64,000 nt of DNA from Corallococcus exiguus (GCF_009909105.1 NZ_JAAAPK010000002.1:349827-413826), one strand, 5' to 3'. Numbered from the stretch's first letter, positions 48,745 through 58,859 are shown. Program-made: numbers and translations. The notes: generated by a model not told the origin, from the letters alone.

Positions 48745-49577
48745 GCCGCGGCGTTCGCGTCCGCGCGCTCCCGGGTGCGCTGGATGGCGACGGAGACCGC
48801 TTCGCCCACGACGCGAGGGAGGCCGTGAGAGTCCATCGCCATCAGGCCCGCCTCGGTGATGCCTCCCGGGGTCGCTATCTCCGTGATGAGGCGAGGGGTG
48901 GTGGCGCCGGGTTCGGCCAACAGCTTCGCCGCGCCAATGAGCGTTTCCTTCGCGAGTGCCGCCGCCTCCGCCGCGTCCATTCCGTGCGCCATCGCGGCCT
49001 GGGCCAGGGCCTCCACGAAGCGGAAGACATACGCGGGGCCCGTGCCGCACACGCCCGTGCAGACCGTGAGCGCTTCCTCGGTCATCCACATGGGCCGTCC
49101 CGTCGCCGCGAAGACGGACTCGGTGGCCTGTCTCGCGGTCTCCGTCGTCCGAGTTCCGGCCGACAGGGGCGTCACGCCTGCTCCCACGCGCACGGGCGTA
49201 TGGGGCAGGGCGCGGATGACAGAGACGCTGGAGGGCAACGCCGCTTCCAACTGCGCGAGTCGCACGTCCGCGGAGAGCGACACCACGGTCTGCCCAGGTT
49301 CCAAGGCAGGCGAGATGACCGCCATCAGGTCCCGCAGCTGCGCCTGGCGCACCGCCAGCACGACTACGCCCGCGCCCCGCACCGCCTGCGCGTTGTCCAC
49401 GAGGACGTGCACGCCGTGCCGGGAGCGCAATTCCTCTCCGCGCTCGGGCCGGCGCACCGTGACGCGAAGGTCCGAAGGACGTACGTGGCCGGACCGCAAC
49501 AGTCCCAGGATGAGGGCTTCGGCGATCTTGCCGCCCCCCAAAAGGACGACGGGGGCGGGAATGGAGGGGGACGCCAT
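48726..49577 (-). CDS. proC: Pyrroline-5-carboxylate reductase
   Basis: NADP-binding N-terminus (VVLLGGGKIAEALILGL) and ProC C-terminal dimerisation-domain blocks (RPMWMTEEALTVCTGVCGTGPAYVF). Confidence 0.8.
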   Translation of the reverse strand: MASPSIPAPVVLLGGGKIAEALILGLLRSGHVRPSDLRVTVRRPERGEELRSRHGVHVLVDNAQAVRGAGVVVLAVRQAQLRDLMAVISPALEPGQTVVSLSADVRLAQLEAALPSSVSVIRALPHTPVRVGAGVTPLSAGTRTTETARQATESVFAATGRPMWMTEEALTVCTGVCGTGPAYVFRFVEALAQAAMAHGMDAAEAAALAKETLIGAAKLLAEPGATTPRLITEIATPGGITEAGLMAMDSHGLPRVVGEAVSVAIQRTRERADANAAAYSAPK

Positions 49578-50127
49578 GGCTGAAGCCTAACCTCAGGTAG
49601 GCCGCCAGGAGTTCGCCAACAGGGTCCGTGACCCTGTGGTCTCCGCGACGGGGCGCGCCTTGGCGGGGTGCGGCAATGGGGACCGACGGGATGCAGGCGC
49701 GGACGGCGTGGTGAGCCCACGAAGAGAGGCGCCCGCCCGGGGCCGGTTACCTCCAAACTTGTCCGACAGTCGGACAGGTTTTCGCCGCATGGGGCCCGGG
49801 GCCGTGCTGGCCCGACGGGTGACGTCGAGTCCATGTCAGACCCCTGTGGTTGGATGGCGATGCTGGGGCGAAGAGGGGATGGGGATGGTGCGAGTGGGGA
49901 GCGTGGTGGATGTGGGGGCGCAGTTCGAGCGCGGGCTTTCGCTGGGGGGACTGACGGCCCGTGCGCGATTCGGATCGGAAGCGAAGCTGGCGCGGGGCAT
50001 GGTGGTGCAGCGCCCCAGGCGCACGCCGCGCGCGGTGACCGTGGATGAGCCGTTGATGCTGGAGAAGATGCTTCCTCCCGAGCCTGGCTTCCGCGCCCGG
50101 TTCGTCAACGCGCTACTTGCCACCCAC

Positions 50128-50904
50128 TCAAAGCTTCACACCCACCGTGGTGCGCAGCTGCGTGTCCAGGGCGGGCACTGTCGCGGGCGGCGCGCTGTCG
50201 TAGGTGAGGTTGAAGCCGATGCCCACTGTGACGCGGGGATTGGGTGTCACCGCGAAGATCGTCTCGTTGAGCACGCGCAGGTCGGAGGGACGGGTGACTC
50301 GCGGCTGGATGTAGACCGTCTCCACGAGGTTGATGTTCTCCATCAGCCTTATCCGTCCCAGCAGGTAGCTGGAGACTCGAGGATCCGTGTAGCGGTCTCC
50401 CGCGTCCGGCTCGCCGTCCTTGCGCAGCCGCTCGTGCTCCAGCATCAGCGCCACCCCGAAGGTGAGCCCCAGGCGGTCCTCGTTGAGCAGGATGAAGCGC
50501 GGTCCCGCGCCCAGCAGGATCCGGAGCTGGAGCCGGCGGAACTCGTTGTATTCGTGCTGCGCGAAGATCTCGCCCGACACCGTGTCCGTGAGCTTGCGCC
50601 GGTAGCGCACGTGCTCCAGCACCTGGCTGACGATGCGCTCGCCGCTGGCGAACGAATACTCACCCCGGATGACGCCCAGCCAGACGTCACGCTCGGAGCG
50701 CAGCTGGCCCACCAGGGAGCCCCGAATGGAGAACAGCTCCGTGCTGCCCGTGCGCCAGTCGCCGCCCAACTCGATGGCCGCGGCCGGCCCCGGCTCCGCC
50801 TTCTCGTCGAAGAGCGCCTGCACGTTGACGATCTGTGCCGCCGCGCCGCTCGCGTGGAGCAACACCACCAGCACCACCCACCCACCCGACTTCAGGAGAT
50901 TCAT
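50128..50904 (-). CDS. DUF481-like outer-membrane beta-barrel protein
   Basis: Signal peptide, alternating amphipathic beta-strand pattern, and the aromatic-rich character of DUF481. Confidence 0.5.
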   Translation of the reverse strand: MNLLKSGGWVVLVVLLHASGAAAQIVNVQALFDEKAEPGPAAAIELGGDWRTGSTELFSIRGSLVGQLRSERDVWLGVIRGEYSFASGERIVSQVLEHVRYRRKLTDTVSGEIFAQHEYNEFRRLQLRILLGAGPRFILLNEDRLGLTFGVALMLEHERLRKDGEPDAGDRYTDPRVSSYLLGRIRLMENINLVETVYIQPRVTRPSDLRVLNETIFAVTPNPRVTVGIGFNLTYDSAPPATVPALDTQLRTTVGVKL

Positions 50905-51048
50905 GCACCCTTGCTGTGCCTACTCTGGCGCTCCCGTTCAACCCTGTTGTGGGGGCTCCGGTGCGTCGGTCCAGCGCTTGACGCCAACGGTCCAGGCGGA
51001 GCATGCCTGCGCTGTTTCCCAGGCCCTTGCCCTGTCCGGAGTCCGCCC

Positions 51049-51936
51049 ATGCAGGTTCACATCATCGATGCCTTCACCCGCACCGCCGGTGCGGGAAATC
51101 GCGCGGGCGTGGTGCTCGACGCCTCGGCGCTGGATGTCCCCACGATGCAGCGGACCGCCGCGGCCGTCAGCGCGTCGGAGACCGCGTTCCTGCTGTCCCG
51201 GCCCGGCGACGCCACCGTGCGCCTGCGCTACTTCACGCCCGTGGATGAGATTCCGTTCTGCGGCCACGCCACGGTGGCCACCTTCCATCTGCTCGCGGAG
51301 AAGGAACTCCTGCGAAGCCCGGGGACGTACACGCTGGAGTGCCCCGGCGGCACGTTCGGCATCGAGCTGGAGCCCCAGGGCACGCGTGGGACTCGGGTGT
51401 GGATCGCCACGCCCCCGCCTCCCGCGCAGCCCAACCCCGTGGCCCTGGACGCGCTGCTGGCCACGTTGGGCGGGACCGCGTCGCAGGTGGACCCGTCACT
51501 GCCGGTGATCCGCCAGGGCCACCGGTTGGTGGTGCCCCTCCGGCGGCTCGCGGACCTGGAGGCCCTGACGCCGCGAGGCGCGGCGATGAACGCGCTGCTG
51601 ATGCCGCACGGCTTGCGCGGCGTCTACCTCTTCACCCGCGAAGCGAAGGAAGAGGGGAGCGTTGCCCAGGCGCGCTACTTCGTCCCGGGCTTCGGCATCC
51701 TGGAGGACCCCGTGACGGGCTCCGCCGCGGGACCGCTCGCGGCTTACCTCGCCGAGCACGGGAGCCTTCGCCTGCCGGAGCACGGCGGCACGGTGTCGAG
51801 TCGCATCGAACAGGGCGACACGATTGGCAAGCCGGGTCGCATCGACATCCAGGTCACCGGCCGACCAGGCCACATCGAGCGCGCCCGCGTCGGTGGAGTG
51901 GCCCTCTCCGTGATGGACGCCACGCTGCTCGCATAG
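51049..51936 (+). CDS. PhzF-family (phenazine-biosynthesis-like) isomerase
   Basis: MQVHIIDAFTRTAGAGNRAGVVLDA...FCGHATVATFH PhzF signature. It is the in-frame C-terminal portion of the tabulated ORF 49636..51936. Confidence 0.7.
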   Translation: MQVHIIDAFTRTAGAGNRAGVVLDASALDVPTMQRTAAAVSASETAFLLSRPGDATVRLRYFTPVDEIPFCGHATVATFHLLAEKELLRSPGTYTLECPGGTFGIELEPQGTRGTRVWIATPPPPAQPNPVALDALLATLGGTASQVDPSLPVIRQGHRLVVPLRRLADLEALTPRGAAMNALLMPHGLRGVYLFTREAKEEGSVAQARYFVPGFGILEDPVTGSAAGPLAAYLAEHGSLRLPEHGGTVSSRIEQGDTIGKPGRIDIQVTGRPGHIERARVGGVALSVMDATLLA

Positions 51937-52090
51937 CGAGGCTCACGTGCATGACGGACCGCGGGGCCGGGCCCCTTGATGGCCTCGCCGCGCACCTCCA
52001 GGTTCGAGGTTGGGATGATTCCATCCCCGCTTGAGTGACCGGTGCGGTCCGGCGGCCAGGCGGCAGCCGGCTCCACCGGGGGAGGACGTC

Positions 52091-52759
52091 ATGGCAACCG
52101 ATAACAGGAACCCAGGCGCGCAGGGGGGGCCCTCCTCCTCGCCTGTCATGAAGAACGCCCAGGCCGAGGTGCCGAGCGCCACGTCGCCGGGACAGGACCC
52201 GAGGACAGGCGCTGGCATCAGCCGCCGCGAGTCGCAGGCACCGGCCATCGGCAGGGAAGCCGCGCCCGCGAGTCCGTTCGGGCTGCTGCGCCGGATGATG
52301 GAGGACATGGACCAGCTCGTCTCCGGCTTCGGAGGCCGGGGCCTCACCGCTCGGAGCGGCCTGCTGGACGAGGGCCTCTGGTCACCGCAGGTGGATGTGC
52401 TGGAGCGGAACGGGAACCTCATCGTGAAGGCCGACCTGCCAGGAATGCGGCGGGAGGACATCCACGTCGAGGTGCTGAAGGACCTGCTCATCATCGAAGG
52501 CGAACGCTCCTTCGAACTGGAGGAGGAAGAGGAGGCCGAGGGCATCTGGAGCCTGGAGCGCAGCACCGGTCAGTTCCGCCGCGTCATCCCGCTCCCGGAA
52601 GGCATCGACACGGAGTCGATCCAGGCGAACTTCGAGAACGGCGTCCTGGAGGTCTCCCTGCGGCTTCCGGGGGAGCTGCCCCAGGGCAAGCGCATCGAGG
52701 TGAAGGGAGGCTCGCGCGAGCAGGCCCGGCGGATGACGCGCGGCAAGCCCATCCACTGA
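52091..52759 (+). CDS. Hsp20/alpha-crystallin small heat-shock protein
   Basis: Alpha-crystallin domain (WSPQVDVLERNGNLIVKADLPGMRREDIHVEV...FRRVIPLPEGIDTESIQANFENGVLEV). Confidence 0.8.
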   Translation: MATDNRNPGAQGGPSSSPVMKNAQAEVPSATSPGQDPRTGAGISRRESQAPAIGREAAPASPFGLLRRMMEDMDQLVSGFGGRGLTARSGLLDEGLWSPQVDVLERNGNLIVKADLPGMRREDIHVEVLKDLLIIEGERSFELEEEEEAEGIWSLERSTGQFRRVIPLPEGIDTESIQANFENGVLEVSLRLPGELPQGKRIEVKGGSREQARRMTRGKPIH

Positions 52760-52775
52760 GGGAGGGGCGCGCGGA

Positions 52776-53471
52776 TCAATGCGTGTGCCGGCGGCCCTCG
52801 TCTTCCACGACGGCCGCCGCCACCTTCTCCGCCGAGTCACGCAGCTCCGCTTCGGGCGGCGAGTGCCAGGACTCGAAGGCGAACAGCTTCCGCATCAGCT
52901 TCCCGGCCTGATAGCCGGGGCGCAGTTCGATGGCGTCGAACATCCAGGACAGCGCTTCGTCCGCGAAGGTGTACCAGGACTCCTCGCAGCCCGTGGCGTC
53001 CATGGTGAGGTTCATCGTGGTGACGAGTCCATCCGCCAGCGCCAGCGTCCGGATGTCATTGTCGCCGGGGCCGGACGGCAGGTCCCGCTTCAGCGCCTGG
53101 AAGTGGGCATCCAGCTTGAACAGCCATTCGCGCGACTGCTCCAGCGCGTTGATGATGAGCTGGATGTTGTATTCCACGCCCATGTTCGGGGTGGGCTTCT
53201 GTCTGAAGAAACGGTGGCACCAGCAGTAGCCGCCGAAGCTCTCATTGCCCAGATACAGACCCGTCTCCGTGTACCAGGGCCCCAGGTTCTGGTTGAGCAT
53301 CCGCTGGATGTGCTTCGCCATCGTGTCGTGCTGCTCGTCCGTGAGCTTGCGTGTCCCCGGGGGCACGCGCGGCGCCAGGTATTCGCGCAGCAGCCGGATG
53401 AGCTTCTCCGGCTCATACCCGTCCAGGCTGTCTCGGATGAGCAGCCAGTGCCCCAGCGCCGAACGGCTCAT
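52776..53471 (-). CDS. Unknown-family protein, paralogue 2 of 2 (LGNExxGGYCWCHxFF motif)
   Basis: 231 aa. About 40% identical to the upstream paralogue. The ATG overlaps the upstream stop (ATGA). Confidence 0.5.
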   Translation of the reverse strand: MSRSALGHWLLIRDSLDGYEPEKLIRLLREYLAPRVPPGTRKLTDEQHDTMAKHIQRMLNQNLGPWYTETGLYLGNESFGGYCWCHRFFRQKPTPNMGVEYNIQLIINALEQSREWLFKLDAHFQALKRDLPSGPGDNDIRTLALADGLVTTMNLTMDATGCEESWYTFADEALSWMFDAIELRPGYQAGKLMRKLFAFESWHSPPEAELRDSAEKVAAAVVEDEGRRHTH

Positions 53472-54133
53472 ACGGCCACCTCCGCCACCCGCGCCGCGGC
53501 GTCCCGGAGGACCTCCGGAGGAGGCGCAATCCAGGACGTGAAGACGAAGGCCGTGTCCAACTGCTCCTGGGTGGCATCCGACAAGGGCAGTCCCATCGCC
53601 TCGATGCACCACGACATGGCGTCCTGCGCGACCTGGTACCAGGTCTCCTCGCAGGACGTCGTCTCCGCCGTCAGGTCCACGGTCCGCACCAGCCCTTCCG
53701 CGAGCGCCTTCGCCCGGAGAGCCTTGTCGTCGGCCGCCAACTCGAGCTGACGGCGCGCGGCCTGATACACGCCGTCCAGCGCGTACAGAAACGAACGGAT
53801 CCGCTCCAGCGCCTCCAGCATGAGCTGGATGTTCGCATCCACGTCCATCGTCCGATGCGGCGGGTTCTGGTTGAAGAACGAGTGACACCAGCAATAGCCC
53901 CCCAGCACTTCATTGCCCAGGGGCAGGCCGCTCTCGATGTACCAGGGCCCCAGCTCGGCCTGGAGCAGGTCCTTCACGGCGTTCTGCGCCTGCTTGAGCC
54001 GGCTTGCGTGGATGCTTCCGGACCGAAGGGGGGCCAAGGCCTCCCTCAGCCGGGACGCCAGCGATTGCGGTGCGTAGGCATCCAGGCTGTCGCGGATGCG
54101 GCGCCACGTGAAAGCCGAAGCGTCACTGCTCAT
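53468..54133 (-). CDS. Unknown-family protein, paralogue 1 of 2 (LGNExxGGYCWCHxFF motif)
   Basis: 221 aa. The ATG overlaps the Fic stop by 4 nt. Confidence 0.5.
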   Translation of the reverse strand: MSSDASAFTWRRIRDSLDAYAPQSLASRLREALAPLRSGSIHASRLKQAQNAVKDLLQAELGPWYIESGLPLGNEVLGGYCWCHSFFNQNPPHRTMDVDANIQLMLEALERIRSFLYALDGVYQAARRQLELAADDKALRAKALAEGLVRTVDLTAETTSCEETWYQVAQDAMSWCIEAMGLPLSDATQEQLDTAFVFTSWIAPPPEVLRDAAARVAEVAV

Positions 54134-54867
54134 TCGGGCACCTCGTTGGGGCACGGGGCGTCCGGCCCCGCGATGGTCCGGGCCAGCAGCCTTGCCAGCC
54201 GTGTGTAGTTCACCGCGTCTCCCGGACGCTTGGGCCACAGCACCACGGGCGCCAACGGTGGCGTGGGCAGCCGGCCCCGGCGCAGCATGTATTCCAGCCA
54301 CAGCCGCGCCGCGCGGGCGTTGCCGTCCGGGAAGGGGTGGAAGAAACACAGGTCCAGGTACAATCGCGTGGCATGCGCCACTGGATGACGCTCTTCCCTC
54401 GCGTCCGCTTCCACCTTGGCGCGGAAGGCCGCCTCCAGGCCGGGCGCTTGCGCATAGCGGTGCGCGCCTCCCCGCGCGAAGGCGTCCCCGGTGCGGAAGC
54501 CCGTGGGCGCGCCCAGGAGCTCCGACTGGACCTCCACCATCCGGGCGAAGGTCAGCGGCTCGCCCAGGTCCGCGAGCCGCCGCACCCGGTCCAGGGCCCG
54601 TTCGAAGCGCTCCTTCCGCGCAGGGCCCTGGGCTTCATGGGCCGGTGCGTCATGACGGTGCAGGAAGTCCTCCTGGGCCCCTGTCTCCCGGAAGGGCTGT
54701 CGCGCCGCCGCCGCCAGGTCCGCCCGGAGCGTGGGCAGCGCCCAGTCCAGGGCGCGCGTGGCCTCCCGGTGGGGCGCGAGTTGCTCGGTGGGGGACGGGG
54801 TTTTCACTCGGGGGCTGGGACGAAATAGGGGGGCGGAGAGCCCCGCATGGACGGGGCCGGGTGACAA
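54130..54867 (-). CDS. Fic/Doc-family protein (putative AMP- or phosphocholine-transferase)
   Basis: Fic active-site motif FHPFPDGNARAARL (HPFx[DE]GN[GA]RxxR). No obvious (S/T)xxxE(G/N) auto-inhibitory motif found by eye. Confidence 0.6.
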   Translation of the reverse strand: MSPGPVHAGLSAPLFRPSPRVKTPSPTEQLAPHREATRALDWALPTLRADLAAAARQPFRETGAQEDFLHRHDAPAHEAQGPARKERFERALDRVRRLADLGEPLTFARMVEVQSELLGAPTGFRTGDAFARGGAHRYAQAPGLEAAFRAKVEADAREERHPVAHATRLYLDLCFFHPFPDGNARAARLWLEYMLRRGRLPTPPLAPVVLWPKRPGDAVNYTRLARLLARTIAGPDAPCPNEVPE

Positions 54868-54965
54868 ACACCCCGGGCGATGAGGCCCTCCCGTGGGTCA
54901 CGGAGTGGAGCCTGGGCTCACAATTGCGTAAACAGGCCGTTCTCGCAGCAGGGAGAAGGCACTGA

Positions 54966-55886
54966 ATGAAGACGTTCCTCGTGGTCAACCCGCGCAGCGC
55001 CAACGGGCAGACGGGGAAGCGATGGGTGGAGATCTCCGCGCAGGTGGGCAAGGTGCTCGGTGACTTCGGGTACGGCTTCACCAGCGGCGGCATGGATGCG
55101 GCGCGTCTGGCGCGGCAGGCCATCGATGATGGCTATGAGTGCATCGTCGCGGTGGGCGGCGACGGCACCCTCAACGAGGTCACCAACGGCTTCTTCCGCG
55201 ACGGGCAGGTCATCAACCCCCGGGCCACGCTGGGCCTGTTGCCCCGAGGCACGGGCGGCGACTTCCGCCGCACCTTCGGGTGGGACCTGGAGCTGACATC
55301 CGCGCTGGAGCGGCTGCGCACGGAGACGACCGAGCCCTTCGACGTGGGGCGGCTGGAGTTCACCGACAACGACGGCAAGCCGGCCACGCGCTTCTTCGCC
55401 AACATCGCCTCGCTCGGCGTGAGCGCGGTGGTGGCCCGCGAGGTGAACCAGGGCAGCAAGGCGCTGGGCGGCAACCTGAGCTTCATGTGGGGCACCGTGA
55501 AGGGCCTCATCAAGTACCAGGAGCAGCAGGTGCGCCTCACGGTGGACGGCGGTGAGCCGGAGACGGTGAGCGTCACCGCGGTGGCCGTGGCCAACGGCCG
55601 CTACTTCGGCAGCGGCATGTTCGTGGCGCCCGAAGCGGTGACGCACGACGGCCTCTTCGACGTCACCATCTGGTCCAACTACGGCCTGTCCGACTTCGTC
55701 CTCAAGTCCAAGGGCGTCTACAACGGCGACCACGTCACCTGGAAGGGCACGCGGCGGCTGCGCTGCCGCACGATCCACGCCGAGCCGCTGACGGGCGACG
55801 TGTTCCTGGACGTGGACGGCGAGACGCCGGGTCGGCTGCCCTGCACCATGACGCTGTTGCCGGGCGCCATCCGCCTCAAGGTGTAG
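54966..55886 (+). CDS. Diacylglycerol-kinase catalytic domain lipid kinase (YegS/BmrU-like)
   Basis: ECIVAVGGDGTLNEV (GGDG motif) and overall DAGK_cat architecture. Confidence 0.7.
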   Translation: MKTFLVVNPRSANGQTGKRWVEISAQVGKVLGDFGYGFTSGGMDAARLARQAIDDGYECIVAVGGDGTLNEVTNGFFRDGQVINPRATLGLLPRGTGGDFRRTFGWDLELTSALERLRTETTEPFDVGRLEFTDNDGKPATRFFANIASLGVSAVVAREVNQGSKALGGNLSFMWGTVKGLIKYQEQQVRLTVDGGEPETVSVTAVAVANGRYFGSGMFVAPEAVTHDGLFDVTIWSNYGLSDFVLKSKGVYNGDHVTWKGTRRLRCRTIHAEPLTGDVFLDVDGETPGRLPCTMTLLPGAIRLKV

Positions 55887-56353
55887 CGCCGGAGCGGGGC
55901 GAGCGCCGCGCGTCCTCCACGGGCGCGCCGACGCCAGACGAGGCGGGCGTGGGGCGGTACCAGCTCGTCTGTCCAATCAGGTGCCGCGTGAAGCCGTCCT
56001 CCACCAGGGGCGAGGCCTCCGCGGCGCCCAGCACCAGGTAGCCGTCCGCGTGGAGCATCCGCCGCACGCGGGCGAGCACCGCGCGCCGCGTCCGCCGCCG
56101 CCAGCAGCGTGGACACCCGCTCGCGGTCCAGCACCAGTCGCCGGTCGCGCGCCAGGCCGAGCATCTCCTCGGCTGCGTGCATCAACGCTTCCAGGCGGCT
56201 GAAGCCCAGGAAGCCGCAGGTGCCCTTCACGGTGTGCAGGGCCCGGAACAGCTGCGCCAACAACGGCTGCGAGCCCGGCCGCGCCTCCAGCTCCAGCACC
56301 GTCGCCTCGATGCTCTGCACGTGCTCGCGGGACTCGAGGAGGAACTCCCGCAT
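55718..56353 (-). CDS. HPt (histidine phosphotransfer) domain protein; 3' end unclear, possibly frameshifted into a CheR-like C-terminal fragment
   Basis: MREFLLESREHVQSIEATVLELEARPG...LFRALHTVKGTCGFLGF is a CheA-P1/HPt-like domain. The same-strand ORF 55876..56079 in another frame reads LHADGYLVLGAAEA, like a CheR C-terminus. Confidence 0.35.
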   Translation of the reverse strand: MREFLLESREHVQSIEATVLELEARPGSQPLLAQLFRALHTVKGTCGFLGFSRLEALMHAAEEMLGLARDRRLVLDRERVSTLLAAADAARGARPRAADAPRGRLPGAGRRGGLAPGGGRLHAAPDWTDELVPPHARLVWRRRARGGRAALAPLRRYTLRRMAPGNSVMVQGSRPGVSPSTSRNTSPVSGSAWIVRQRSRRVPFQVTWSPL

Positions 56354-56558
56354 CACGTCGTCCCAGCCCGGAGTGTCACCCACGGACAGGACGCTTCCGG
56401 ACGGAAGTCCACACAGACTGTATGTGTTTGATGAGACGGATTTGACTGGCGCTGCCCATAGGCAACGGCCCCCCCGACCCACAAGACTCCGGAGTCGAAG
56501 TCCCAGCATCCTCCAAAGTCAACGGCCTGAAAGCTGTCCCAGAGGGAAGGCGCCCTGA

Positions 56559-57482
56559 TCAGAAGAACAGTCGGAGCAGGTCGTATCGCGTCTCCGCGCC
56601 CAGTTTGCGGAGCAGGTTGGCCTGGTGGAATTTCACAGTGCGCTCGGTAATCCCTAACACGGTCGAGATGTCGGTCGGCGAGCGGCCGAGCGCGAGATAT
56701 CGCAACACATCGCCTTCCCGCTCGGACAGCCGCGCGGCGCTGGCCATGCGCCGCACCTTCGCCTCGAAGAGGCCGCTGAGTGTTTCATCACCGATGGTGT
56801 GAACGCTGACACGCGCGGTGCCAGCGCCCGTGGGCGTGGCGGTGATGACCTCGTAGCCCTCCGCATGCTCGGAAGCCTGCCGCACGATGGTGTGCGGCCA
56901 GGAGGTAGGCGCGGCCATCGTCAGCGGACAGTCCAGGCAGGGCGCGTCGCGGTGGGCGAAGGCGCCGAAGCACGGCCGGCCCACCATCTCCTCCTGCCGC
57001 GCCTCTCCGGACGTCCACACCGCCTTGAGCGTCCCGAACGACGACAGCTCGGTGGAGATTTCGTAGCTCAGATCCCGACGTGCTCCGTGTTCCCGGGCCG
57101 GCTCCGGGAAGACGGTGCGCTCGGGGATGGAGAGGGGCGGGGCGGAGCGCGTGATGATGGCCACCAGCCGCAGGGGAGGGCGGCCCACGGCGGCCACGTC
57201 CAGCTCCACCGACAGCCGCTCGCCGTCGCGCGTGAGCACCTCTGTCTCCAGCCGCGTCTCCGCGCTGGTGAAGATGGCCCGCAGCGCCTGTCCCACCTCG
57301 CGTCCGTGCTCGCGTGGCGTGCAGACATCCGTCCAGCGGCGCCCCAACAACTCCTCGCGGGGCCGGCCCAGGAGCGACGTGAACGCGCCGTTCGCCAGCT
57401 CGATGCGGCCGCGCCGGTCCATCACGACGATGGGGCGTGTGTCCCGCTCCGCGAGCAGCGATGCGGTCAACGACCAGTCCAT
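56559..57482 (-). CDS. PAS-sensor LuxR-family (GerE HTH) transcriptional regulator
   Basis: PAS-like N-terminal region. C-terminal LuxR HTH (LSEREGDVLRYLALGRSPTDISTVLGITERTVKFHQANLLRKLG). Start at MDWSL. Confidence 0.7.
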   Translation of the reverse strand: MDWSLTASLLAERDTRPIVVMDRRGRIELANGAFTSLLGRPREELLGRRWTDVCTPREHGREVGQALRAIFTSAETRLETEVLTRDGERLSVELDVAAVGRPPLRLVAIITRSAPPLSIPERTVFPEPAREHGARRDLSYEISTELSSFGTLKAVWTSGEARQEEMVGRPCFGAFAHRDAPCLDCPLTMAAPTSWPHTIVRQASEHAEGYEVITATPTGAGTARVSVHTIGDETLSGLFEAKVRRMASAARLSEREGDVLRYLALGRSPTDISTVLGITERTVKFHQANLLRKLGAETRYDLLRLFF

Positions 57483-57768
57483 GAGGCCCCCCGGCCGTTG
57501 CAATCCAGTCCAAGTTTTACATAGGTAGTGCTGAATTTCTTGGTTTAAATAGCTTACAGCGATGTGACTGCGTTTGCATTTGGACAAAGGTCCAATCACA
57601 TACCGTGGTGATTGGAGGGGGACTGTCCGTGTGTGGCCGTCCGCCTGGGGGGCTTGCCAGAAACCTGGAACGTCCTCCTGAATCCGGGCAACCTGCTGCA
57701 TCACCTGGGCTCGGGGATTACTCCCAGGGGTTCCCCGCCGTCCCCACCGTGGGAGAGGAGCTGCACGC

Positions 57769-58827
57769 ATGAGCGCACCGCGACGACCCGCGCAGTTCGA
57801 CCTCTTCACCGGCGCGGTGGAGGAGCCAGCCGCGTCGTCGCGGCGCAGGACCCAGCCGGTGGGACCCGCCGAGCCGTCCGACAGCCTGCGCATGTTGGGC
57901 GAGCAGCTCCCGCGCGGTGTCTACCTGGGCACGTCGTCATGGACCTTCCCGGGTTGGAACGGGCTCGTCTACGACCATGAGGCCAGCACGACCCAGCTGG
58001 CGCGCGAGGGCCTGGCTGCCTACGCGCACCACCCGGTGCTGCGCACGGTCGGCATTGACCGGACGTTCTACGCACCGGTGCCAGCCACGACCTTCGCTGA
58101 GTACGCGCAGCAGGTGCCGGACGGCTTCCGCTTCCTGGTGAAGGCCCACGAGGCCTGCACGTTGGCGCGCTTCCCCGTGCACGAGCGCTACGGCGCGCAC
58201 CGGGGGCAGGTGAACGAGCGCTTCCTCCAGGCGGCCTACGCCGTGGACCACGTGGTGGCGCCGTTCCTGGAAGGGCTGGGCGACAAGGCCGGACCGCTCG
58301 TCTTCCAGTTCCCACCCCAGGACCCCGCGGCGCTGGGTGGCGCGGGCCGCTTCGTGGAGCGGCTGCACGCGTTCTTCTCCGCGCTGCCCCGGGGGCCGCT
58401 GTACGCGGTGGAGGTTCGCAACGAGGAGCTGCTCACGGAGGGCTTCGCGCAGGCGCTCGCGGACACGGGCGTGAGCCCGGTGCTCGCGGTGTGGGCCCAC
58501 ATGCCGCCCGTCGCGCGGCAGGCGAAGCTCACGCGCGCGTTCGAGGCCCGCGCCGTGGTGGTGCGATGGATGCTGCCGCCGAACCTCGGCTACGAGGAGG
58601 CCTACGCCCGCTACGCGCCGTTCAACCGGCTGGTGGACGAGGACGTGGGCACCCGCGACGTGCTGGCCCGCGTGTGCATGGCGGCGGTGCGGCGCGACCG
58701 TCCCGTCTTCGTGACCATCAACAACAAGGCGGAAGGCAGCGCCCCCCTGTCCGCCGTCCGGCTCGCGGAACGCGTCGTGTCACACAAGGAGGAGGGCGGC
58801 CAGAGAGGCGCCGTTCACGCAACATGA
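57769..58827 (+). CDS. DUF72-family protein
   Basis: YLGTSSWTFPGW... pattern, 352 aa. Confidence 0.65.
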   Translation: MSAPRRPAQFDLFTGAVEEPAASSRRRTQPVGPAEPSDSLRMLGEQLPRGVYLGTSSWTFPGWNGLVYDHEASTTQLAREGLAAYAHHPVLRTVGIDRTFYAPVPATTFAEYAQQVPDGFRFLVKAHEACTLARFPVHERYGAHRGQVNERFLQAAYAVDHVVAPFLEGLGDKAGPLVFQFPPQDPAALGGAGRFVERLHAFFSALPRGPLYAVEVRNEELLTEGFAQALADTGVSPVLAVWAHMPPVARQAKLTRAFEARAVVVRWMLPPNLGYEEAYARYAPFNRLVDEDVGTRDVLARVCMAAVRRDRPVFVTINNKAEGSAPLSAVRLAERVVSHKEEGGQRGAVHAT

Positions 58828-58859
58828 CTTGCGCGCGAGCACGGCGCTTGCTTACGTGA

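Noticed and set aside
49636-51048. N-terminal 470 codons of + ORF 49636..51936
   Set aside because: Overlaps the proC end and the convergent DUF481 gene antisense. Only the C-terminal PhzF part (from 51049) has a protein-like sequence.
54096-54965. 289-aa + ORF (Pro/Gly/Ala-rich)
   Set aside because: Antisense to the Fic gene and low-complexity.
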